Shown: in pieces, positions 49,635 through 59,577 of the stretch | Numbering within the stretch: position 1 is the stretch's first letter | How the letters are laid out: the number at the start of each line of letters is the position of its first letter | Assembly (NCBI GenBank): GCA_964036045.1 | Contig: OZ038378.1 | Coordinates: forward strand, 14,818,001-14,882,000 | Length of the DNA: 64,000 nt | DNA from: Eutreptiella sp. 'Long Island Sound 2002' | Taxonomy: Eukaryota; Protista; Euglenida | Reading direction: 5' to 3' | The notes under the pieces: generated by a model | Seen by the model: the letters and a program-made list of their open reading frames with translations, nothing else | Databases searched by the model: none | Told to the model about the DNA's origin: nothing | Made by a program: the position numbers and the translations under genes

Positions 49635-51519
49635 TTTGCAACATGATGCGTGGTGGCGATGGAGAGATTGTCTAAGCGGCACTTGGGTCAGCACCTGACC
49701 AACTCCTCTTTCACTCTCATCTCAGGCACGACTGCAGAAATCAACATTGAAGCATCCATGCCACCCCCGAAGACGACCCGCGTATCGTCCCGCATTTTCC
49801 ACCATCTGCGAAGGCAAGTGGGACCCGATAATCCACCAGACGCATAATGACACAGCGATGGGAAACACCTCGCAACTGTAGGAGAAAAACAAAACCTTGT
49901 CTAATTTGGTCTGCACTCCTGTAGCTCCTGCAGCACTACACTGTCATCCCCAAGGGCAGGCAAAATAGCGCATTCACAACACACCAAGGGCAATGTGGAG
50001 TAACCAGCCGTGCCACTTGCACCACCGTCAATCGCACAAAACAACCATTGGCAGCAGGTGTTCTCTCATCCCACCCCCTGCCCAAATTAAGCTTTAATTT
50101 GTCCTGGAGGTGCTTTTGTTGTGCGCACAGTCCTCACCAACCCCATGGAGGTGTGCACACAGAAGCATGCCCAGACATGCATTTGTGTGCGCAGTTGTAT
50201 ACTGACACCACAACATGGCGTGTTATGTTTGTGTCTGTTTGTATGCATGTCACTGGAACATGAAAGATAGTTAAAGGGATAAGTGCCCTGCACCCCACCA
50301 TGTCCGGGCGATGCTAGTAGTTCCAAAAATTGCACAAACAACAGCAGGTGTTGTTGAGACATGGGCGTTGTTTGTGTATGCTATGAGAAAACACAAGCAC
50401 TGCAAGCAAGAAAAAGCATCATTGAGGTCCAAAGCATCGAAATCTGCTTGTGGGGCAGGCCTGAGGGTTCACAATCTGGTGATGGGGTGGTGCTGAACAT
50501 TTGACAAAAAAAACCACACAAGCACCACAAATGCTGAGCAGTAAAATCTTTTCCAAAAATGTACCTCATGTGAAACTTCTGCACATGCTTGGGTACAGGC
50601 TTGGGGCCACTGTAGGGGTAGGCTTGGGGGCAGGGACTGGCTCTGGCACAGCTAGAGATGAGGGGCACAGGACTCATCAACCAAATTCCAACTTAATACG
50701 ACTTGTTCCAAAATGCATGTGCCAGTCTGCAAACTCCCACTCAGCCTTTGCCCTCACTACATCCACATGCCGCTCACTCGTAGAAGACATGGGCTCATTA
50801 CTGTCATTAGAAGAAAGATAACAACTTGGGTCATTAGAATCTGATAAATCTGAATCCGAAGAGCCCCGATTAGAGCTGGTTTGATCACAATTGGTATCCA
50901 TTCTCGGATCAAAATCCGGGTCGGACCCCAAATTGGCTTCAAAATCAGTGGACATTAGGTGGTTCACATCAAAAAATACCACATCTGATAGTTGGCGCAA
51001 TTTCACGTCTTGTGAGAATTGTGCTTTGGTGAAAGCTTGAAACATAGCATCATCCGTGATTCTAGAAGTTGCAGTTTGCAAATTCCTAAAAGTGTGGCAT
51101 TGGGATTGGATCTAGCTCTTAGAATAACACACACAGGCCCGGGGCTTTGGCTAGCCCGCAGAAATTGCAAAGGCAATTACCATACCACCGCTACGACATT
51201 TCGTGCCCGTTCAAACTTAAGTATGTACTTCAAGTCTTGAATCTTCCCTAAGGGAAAGCAAATTCCGTGGCCTCTTTGCCACAAAATCGTAGGTATGAGA
51301 ACTATCTCGACAGGCAGAAATAGAAAGCAGTTGGGGGGGCCTTTAGGCTCTACCCAACAGCAAAAACAATAAGAAATTTGTGGAGTAAATCGGATCAAAT
51401 TACATATAATTCATGAGGAAACCACCATTAGCACAACAACGGATGTTTGCACCACAGGGCTTGCTGCATGAAAGTGAGATCCTCATCTGGTAGCCGGAGT
51501 CTTTTCCACTCCTTCCATG

Positions 51520-51800
51520 TCTCTGGCGTTTGCCACTTGCACTGCCATCTGGGACCACTCCGCGCCCCATTGTGAACAGTAGGGGCGCCCGAAACATCGA
51601 CATGAGCAGTGAGATCACGGGGTGGGGGGAGTGCAATGTACATGAAGAAGGCGACCAGGCAGTTATGAAACACGCTATCATAGGCTTTGGAGAAATCGAC
51701 CGAGACAAATAACCCCTGGTCCATCGCCTCCCAGGCCCCTCTGGCATCCCACATATGGTCGAATATGAAACGACCTTTTATGAACGCTTTTTGAAGGGGA
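51520..51800 (-). pseudogene. Non-LTR retrotransposon reverse-transcriptase fragment
   Basis: QKAFIKGRFIFDH...LFVSVDFSKAYDSV matches the LINE RT motifs Q-x-(G/A)-F-x-x-G-R and D-F-x-K-A-(F/Y)-D-x-V. Frameshifted. Confidence 0.85.
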
Positions 51801-51869
51801 TGGCAAAAGCCACGATGCCCGGGGGCGGGGGGGGGGGGTCAAGGGTTGGAACCCCCCCCCCCCTGGCTA

Positions 51870-54800
51870 CTTGCGCCTTGCCGCCCAATAAACTGCTCCC
51901 TCCCTGCTGTGTGTGGGGGTACTCCTCTGTTACCTGTGGTTGGGCCTCCATCCTACTCGCCCCCCACCCCTGCACCAGGCACGTGTCCTCCCAATGATGG
52001 CTCGGTCTTGGTTGCCTTTCAAGGCGGCTCCATGAACTTTGAGCCCTCCTCTGTCGGCGGGCGTGGTCGCTGCACCCATCCTTGCATGCCGCGCGCGGCA
52101 ACGACCCTCTCTCGTTGCACTAGCAGCGCATCCGTGGTCGTGAAATGTACTGCCCACGCCCGGTAGGCGCCCGATCCGGGCGTGGGTGGCCCTCATGGGC
52201 GTACATGCAGCAATTGGTGTCCAAACGCGCAGCATCACCCGCATGATGGCGCCCTGTGCAGCGGGCACAAGCCCCCCGTAGACCCTTTGCCGCTCCCGAG
52301 ACCGCAGCGTGCTGGGGGCGCTCCTTCCACCCGCCGTGGCACCCCATCCTTGGCGGGTACCGGGCTTGCCACTGGTTGCGTAGGAGGGGGCCGGGGCACA
52401 TGCGTCGCTCGCTAGTATGGCTTGAGTGTGGGTCCTCCAGCCGGCGACGGCGGGTAGAACCCCCCAGAAAGTCTTGCATAGGCGTCGCAGCCAATAGTCG
52501 ACGCAGGCTTCGTTGCCAGATCGTTGTGCAGATCGTTGTGCAATGCGCCACCTAGTGCTTGAGCTGGCGCACCATGAGGTCTCCTCACAAAGTACAGTCG
52601 CTTTGTGACACCCAAACATGCTCGCGAGGAATTAGGGTACGACAATGGGAAGTCTCGTCCCCTTGCAGCAGGCGTCCCGACAGCAGGTGCAGCTGCATCA
52701 CCTTGACGGCTTGACACAGCACACAACCTCTTTCTTGCAGCCGGAGCACAAGTTTCTGAAAGATGCATCGATTGGTCCCACAGGGACAAGTATATGATGA
52801 CCAGAGCACAGAGACTGAGGGAACTGGATGCAGCACATGCACACACACAGGATTCTGTAGTAGCAACACTGTCACAAGTGGAATCACAAGTGGAATCACA
52901 AGTGAATGTAGGGAATGGTGCCTTGGGAGCAGTGGGAGGTGGGAGGGAGCTACAACGCACTGTACATGTGCTACGCACACTGCACCATGGGGGCATCCAG
53001 ATGGCATGGGCCAGGGCTACACATGTCCTACAGACAAGACTGAAATTTGTTCCACACATCACACTAGATCACACTGTTTGCCATTCTCAAGCCAGCCAAA
53101 AATCTGTGCTGGATCTTCCGCGCGCACGCACACAGGATTTTAAAATCTGAGGATTTGAAAATCTGATGATTTGCAGCCAGAAAATTCTGTGAATGTGTGA
53201 GCATGAGAATGTATTTAAGTCGTTGTAGGAAATGCAATTGTACATGCCGGTCATGCTGAATGCAATGCATTAACTTGTGTTCATGTGTTTCTGCTTTATC
53301 AGCTGATGAGGACCTAAGCCGGGTCGAACCTAGTACATTTATCGGGATTGCATTGTGATTGTGGTGCTTGAGTCCAGCTGCAAGGGTATCATCGAAAACA
53401 AACAGTTTTTTGATCCCCAAAATTGCAAGGATTGGTTTTATTGGCAAAAGCAAGTGTCAAAACAACAAAGTACAGTCGCTTTGTGACACCCAAACATGCT
53501 CACGAGGAATAAGGGTACGACAGTGGGAAGTCTCGTCCCCTTGCAGCAGGCGTCCTGACAGTAGGTGCAGCTGCATCACCTTGACCGCTTGACGCAGCAC
53601 ACAACCTCTTTCTTGCAGCCGGAGCACAAGTGATGCGCAGGATGTGCTCAGGCCTAGCAGGAAGTGCCTTGCTGGCGGTGAGCTCAAAATCTAGGGCAAG
53701 CACAGCATACGTGACAGCCCCCTCCACCCACAAGAGCCCTGACGCCCATCGCATCAGATTGCGCCGGCTGTCGATCCCACTTCCATCCTCGTGGCAACCC
53801 TGACACCAAGCGCAGCGCCGGCTGCTGGGGTGGGTGGGGGCAGCAGGCCGCAGAGCTCCTCCTAGGGGTAGGAGTGTCCCCTTGCCGGTCTGGGCAGGTC
53901 TGGAAATAGCAACCCGGCTTGGCAGCCGGCGCCAGCGGCAGACTCGCGTTCACACTGCATGCGTGCAGACATCACTGCCAGCCCGAGTCCAAATAGGCAG
54001 TACACGGACTCGTCAATGACCTCATCATCGACACTTTCAGATACCCAAGCAGGGAGGAGGCAGGTCCTGGAGAGGCATACCGGCCACTGGGCGACCGGAC
54101 CCAGGAGCGGCACACGCCTTGCGGGCCCGGCAGTCGATGGACCCCCCCAGCCAAAAGTTGTGGAAACAACTGCAGGTGTTGTTTAGACAAGGAGTTGTTT
54201 TGACACAGGGGGTGCAGGGTAACAGTTTCAAATTATTTGACCGCAGGGACTGGGGGATAGGGCTGAAGCCTGCAGCCAGCCACTGCCCCCTCCCGCCCTT
54301 CTACCAGGAGAGGGGGGGAAGGATGCCAAGGACAACATGCAGGCAGGAGGCACCTCACAAATGCTGTGTGGATGAAGAAACCACCGACGATGGAGACGAA
54401 TGGAAACAGCAATCGATAATATCGAAATGCGGCGTCTGCCACTTGTTGGAAGTCTTGCAGAGTCTGTGAATTCGTACCACCATCCAGCTCATACAGGCAC
54501 ACCTGTAGAGCTGATATGGGACAGATTGGTATGGCACCAGGCGTGCGTGGGTGTTAGGCTTTCTCCCTCAAGCCGGGTATGCACGAGTAGGTCCAAACAG
54601 GGGCAAGGGTGAACCATGAAGAGCAAAAAACAGGATGGGGCAGGCGAGTGTCGACCATCATACATGGAGGGCGAGGGTTAAGATCCACCCTTTGCAAGAC
54701 CTTCGTTTCCTCACGCATCCCCACGGCCCTGCACACAAGTGTACAACAACTCTCTGCCCTGAAGAGGAACTGTGCCATCCGTCCATGCTGGATACCCAGG

Positions 54801-55560
54801 GGCATAGACTGACACCGCAAAAGACCGGCGCACAAATGTGTGTTGCCCCCCACCCATGGCCTGAAAGCCCCCCCTGTGGCCACTAGGGGATGGCCCTGAG
54901 CAAGCGGATGGCAGAAGCATGGGAGGGGGCCACTCCCTCGGTCGACGGCCTAGAAAGGCCGAGCTGCCCCCCACGGTTGGTTGAAGGAAGAGGCTCAGAC
55001 ATGGGGGCTGAAAGCTGCAAATGACAGGCACCCCCGTGGAATGTATTGAAGGGGCGCACCTGTAACAACACGCCCCGGGAAAACGAAGGGAGTCAGGAAC
55101 CACCAGCGTCCGGCAGGGGAACTGGTTCTCAGTAACAATGGGCCCCTCACCACAGGCCGCTCAGTAATACCCGCCCCCCTGCACCACCAGAACTCAGTAA
55201 GAACGTGCTGCGTCCAGCGTGTGGCTCAGTAGGACCCTGCTCCATCCGGTCACCTCTGAGCGGGCAGATGCTAGTGGCAAGTCTGGTCAGGAAAGCAATA
55301 GCATGGCAGGCTGCTGCAACCCTCTCACTGGCAGGCACTCGCAACTGCGAGGGAGAGTCAGCAGGGCTCAGCTTTGAGGGGATCCGAAACACCCACACCG
55401 ACAACCGCACTCCACCCCTGCAGAGGAGCTGGCGTATCTCTGCTGCGCTTTGCACACCGCTGCGGAAGACCTCCCCAACAAAGTGTGCCCTGGCAAGGGC
55501 AATGACTTCCTGCCCAGGCAGCTTTGAGTGAGTTTTTGTTGCCGCCCTACACCAACAAAG
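51870..55560 (-). mobile_element. Degenerate TATE/VIPER-like (YR-RT-RNase H) retrotransposon remnants, probably at least two fragments
   Basis: YR-like remnants at ~54750-55530 (GVRL..., HTFVRR), RT-like remnants at ~53900-54600 (FDIIDCCFHS; FWLGGSID), RNase H-like remnants at ~53470-53800 and 51900-52400. Many frameshifts. Confidence 0.45.
53330..53377 (-). CDS. Candidate 48-nt micro-exon of the bestrophin-family gene (AGLKHHNHNAIPINVLG)
   Basis: CTTGCAG acceptor; phase 1 to phase 1 fits the first exon; weak GTTCGA donor. Confidence 0.3.
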
Positions 55561-55929
55561 CGAATCGCTTCCTCCAAGGAAATGGTCACAGCCTCACCAC
55601 ATGACGCACAACATGAATGGAATGGGGAACCACAAAGATGTGAATGCATCCCTCAATTGCCCCCCCAAAAGGCAGAAAACCACTGCAGGGGACAGGACAC
55701 AGAAAGGGGGGGGCATAAAAGCAGAAGGGGGGGGCGGGGGGTCAGGGTCGCTCCCATAAACCCAATCTGGCACCCACCACCCTTTTCCAGACCTTCAGGT
55801 TCAGATCAACACAACTGGGATTCAGCATCTTCATCCACTTACCCTCCCCAATGCAGCGTCACAATGGCCGCAATGGGGGCAAACAAGCGACTGCCCTCTT
55901 CACGCTTTTTCTGGGGCGGAGGGTCATAC

Positions 55930-56086
55930 CTATGAAGCTCAACGAGACAAGCAGATTATAGATCAGCGGCTTCTTGATATCCTTGATGCCAGAAGCTTTG
56001 ATGTTGGTTAAAACCCGCCAAGTGGGTGCACCGGGATTATACAAAAACCCCGCCAAGGAGCGCGACACGCCTTTCAAGTCTGGCAT
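55930..56086 (-). CDS. Probable first coding exon of the bestrophin-family gene
   Basis: MPDLKGVSRSLAGFLYNPGAPTWRVLTNIKASGIKDIKKPLIYNLLVSLSFI resembles the family N-terminus (Y-x-P...W...(G)S...TM1). Donor G|GTATGA. A TCCTCAG acceptor 12 nt upstream of the ATG could be a trans-splice site. An alternative ATG is at 56113. Confidence 0.6.
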
Positions 56087-56149
56087 AGACGTGGTGGCCT
56101 GAGGAGTTAGCATACAACAATGGCAGGCTCCACTCTAGCTCAGGTACTG

Positions 56150-56680
56150 CCTCTAGTGATGCATCCAGTATTGCATTTGGTTCAGCTAGGACTGCGGTCG
56201 ATACTGCATCTGGTACTGCATCTGATACTGCATTTGGTACTACATCTCATGTTGCATCTTGTAGTGCACCTAGCGCTTCATCTAAGACTGCACCTGGTAG
56301 AGCACCCGGCACTGCATCTGGCAGTAGTGCACCTGGTGCTGCATGGGGTACTGCACCAGCAACTGCTACTGCATCTGGTTCTGCATCTCTTACTGCATCT
56401 GATACTGCACCCGCTCACAATACTGCATCTGGTATTGCATCTGGCACCACATCGAGTAATAAATCGGGTACTGCATCTGGTACCGCATCTGTACTGCTGC
56501 TGGTACTGCAGCTGGTGTTGTATCTGGTGCTGCCTCTGGTATCTGGTACTGCACCTGGTATGACATTGGATTACTGCATCTGGCACTGCATCTGGTACTG
56601 CATTTGGCGTTGCGTCTGCAACTGCACCTTGCACCATCTGGTATAACATCGGATTACTGCACGTGGCACTGCATATCTCT
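56150..56680 (+). repeat. Degenerate 12-bp minisatellite (CTGGTACTGCAT)n, with a further patch at 56870-56930
   Basis: Repeated ACTGCATCTGGT units; these generate the spurious LHLV-repeat ORF. Confidence 0.9.
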
Positions 56681-57593
56681 CGGGATCCCAACACGGAGCG
56701 TTTTGGCACTTTTTGGAAAATTTTGCAGGTTTTGCTTTCATGTGTGGAAAAGGCATTTTTTGAAGGGTGGGGAACTCAAAAAGCATGTTTTGGAAGGTAT
56801 GTAGATGGGCAGGGGTGGGTTTTGGGGCCTAGTAAGGGGTTGGAAGCCTAAAAGTTGGGCATGGCATCATGGTACTGCATCTGCATCTGGCACTAGATCT
56901 GGTACTGCGCTTGGTGTTGTGTCTGCAACACCAATAGGTATAGGACAGGACACGGCAGGGCACGGCAGGGCTGGACAGGCTGCTCGTGCGTGCTCATGCC
57001 TCTGATTGTCAAGGGCCAAGCAGCAATTGATGACTGTCAGAATCCCTGGAGATTGCCCTGCATTACCGTATCATCGGGTTTGTTGTCGTGCACTCGTTGT
57101 GACCCTCCCTTTGAACAGTGAAAAATGTAAGTCGCGTACAAAAAAATCGTCCAGTCGTGTTTTTTTTTTGCGGTAAATGCGTCTAATTTTTTTTTTTGCA
57201 GCAAGTCATGTAAATTATAAAAAAAATTGAAAAATTGAAAGAAATGCAACTTTTGCAATACATGCGCAATATGTACAGCTGCCGGTTCCGTGCGGCACCC
57301 CATAGCGACCTTAACGATGGGACGCCGAGTCCACAACGCACATAGTACTCTGTGTGGCCACCAATTAGTTGGGACTCGGCCAATATAACATAGTTTCACA
57401 TGGTGTCATTGGCACTAGACACAAAATCACACCCAAAAAAGGAGTCGTGACAGGGCCATGGCCAACATCCAATGTGCCAGCACTGGGAACAAAATCAGGC
57501 CCAGGAAAAAGCGTCCTGACGGGGCCATGGCCAACGCTAGTGCCACCATTATAGGCCACCAAGGCACTGGTATGGGGCCAATATAATAGCATT

Positions 57594-59545
57594 TACCGAA
57601 CTGGGTTTACCCTGTCAAGGTTTTACACCACCTTTTAGGGTCCAAGGGTGAGCTACACGTTTTAGCAGCAACAGCAGCAGCAGCAGCAAGCGTCAGGCGG
57701 TTAAAAAGTCCTTGCGACCACACCGCGGCTCAAAACCGGCATCCAAGTAGCTCAAAACGACCGGGGAGCAAAGGCGCATCACCACAAACAAGTTTCGTGC
57801 CGTTTCGAGCCGTCTAGCCCGTTCTATGGCCGATTTAGTGTCCAAAAATGGCCGTTTTGGGGCTGTTTTCGGCTGTTTTCAGGACGATCGTCCTGAAATT
57901 TCAGGACGATCGCCGCTACGCCAAGCAGGTGTTTCCGATGAGGGCCGTTGTTCTTTCATGGCGATTGGGCTATCAAAGGATGGCAAATGGGTGTTCAATA
58001 AGGCGTGTACCACGCCGTGGTGCCGCGCGGTGGTCCATTTTGAGGTAAAAATGAGCCGTTTCTGAGCCGTGTTTCAGGACAATCATCCTGACCGTGGAGG
58101 TACATCTGCAAAGCAAGCGGTCTTTCTTCAACGGTGATCTCCAATGCGTTACGCAAGACTAGGACCCAGCTCGGTCCTAGTTCGAGTCTTGATTACCGAG
58201 CTGGGTTTACCCTGTCGAGGTTTTACACCACCTTTTAGGGGCCAAGGATGAGCTACACGTTTTAGCAAGCAGCAAGCAGCAGCAAGCAGCAAGCAGCAAG
58301 CAGCAAGCAGGCGATTAAAAAGTCCTTGTGACCACACCGTGGCTCAAAACCGGCATCCAAGTAGCTCAAAACGACCGGGGAGCCAAGGCGCATCACCACA
58401 AACAAGTTTTGTTGCATTTCGAGCCGTCTAGCCCGTTCTATGGCCGATTTAGTGTGCAACAATGGCCGTTTTTAGGCTGTTTTCGGCTGTTTTCAGGACG
58501 ATCGTCCTGAAAGTTCAGGACGATCGCCGCTACGCCAAGCAGGTGTTTCCGATGAGGGCCGTTGTTCTTTCATGGCGATTGGGCTATCAAAGGATGGCAA
58601 ATGGGTGTTCAATAAGGCATGTACCACGCCGTGGTGCCACGCCGTGGTCCATTTTGAGGTAAAAATGAGCCGTTATTGAGTCGTGTTTCAGGACAATCGT
58701 CGTAACCATGGAGGCACATCTCTGATGCAAGCGGTCTTTCTTCAACGGTGATTTCCAATGCGTTACGCAAGACTAGGACCCAGCTCGGTCCTAGTTCGAG
58801 TCTTGATTACCGAGCTGGGTTTACCCTGTCGAGGTTTTACACCACCTTTTAGGGGCCAAGGATGAGCTACACATTTTTAGCGAGCTGGGTTTACCCTGTC
58901 GAGGTTTTACACCACCTTTTAGGGGCCAAGGCTGAGCAGCACGTTTTAGCAGCAGCAGCAAGCAAGCAGCAGCAGCAAGCAGCAACAGGCGAGTAAAAAG
59001 TCCTTGTGACGACACTGTGGCTCAAAACCGGCATCCAAGTAGCTCAAAACGACCGGGGAGCAAATGCGCATCACCGCAAACAAGTTTCGTTGCATTTTGA
59101 GCCGTCTAGGCCGTTCTACGGCCGATTTAGTGTCCAAAAATGGCCGTTTTGGGGCTGTTTTTAGGACGATCGTCCTGAAAACTCAGGACGATCGCCGGTG
59201 TGTCAAGTAGGTGTTTCCAATGAGGGCCGTTGTTCTTTCACAGCGATTGGGCTATCAAATGATGGCAAATGGGTGTTCAACAAGGCATGTACCATGCCGT
59301 GGTGCCACACCGTGGTCCATTTTGAGGTGAAAATGAGCCGTTTTTGAGCCATGTTTCAGGACGATCATCCTGACTGTGGAGGCAAATCTGCAAAGCAAGC
59401 GGTCTTTCATCTGCAGTGATTTCCAAGGCGTTACGCAAGACTAGGACCCAGCTCGGTCCTAGTTCGAGTCTTGATTACCGAGCTGGGTTTACCCTGTCAA
59501 GGTTTTACACCACCTTTTAGGGTCCAAGGGTGAGCAACACGTTTT

Positions 59546-59577
<32 letters not shown>

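Noticed and set aside
50300-50380. Bestrophin exon AYTNNAHVSTTPAVCAIFG
   Set aside because: It has a good acceptor but no usable donor, and fits equally as part of a transposase relic.
56120-56563. 147-aa His/Leu-repeat protein
   Set aside because: It is the translation of the 12-bp minisatellite.
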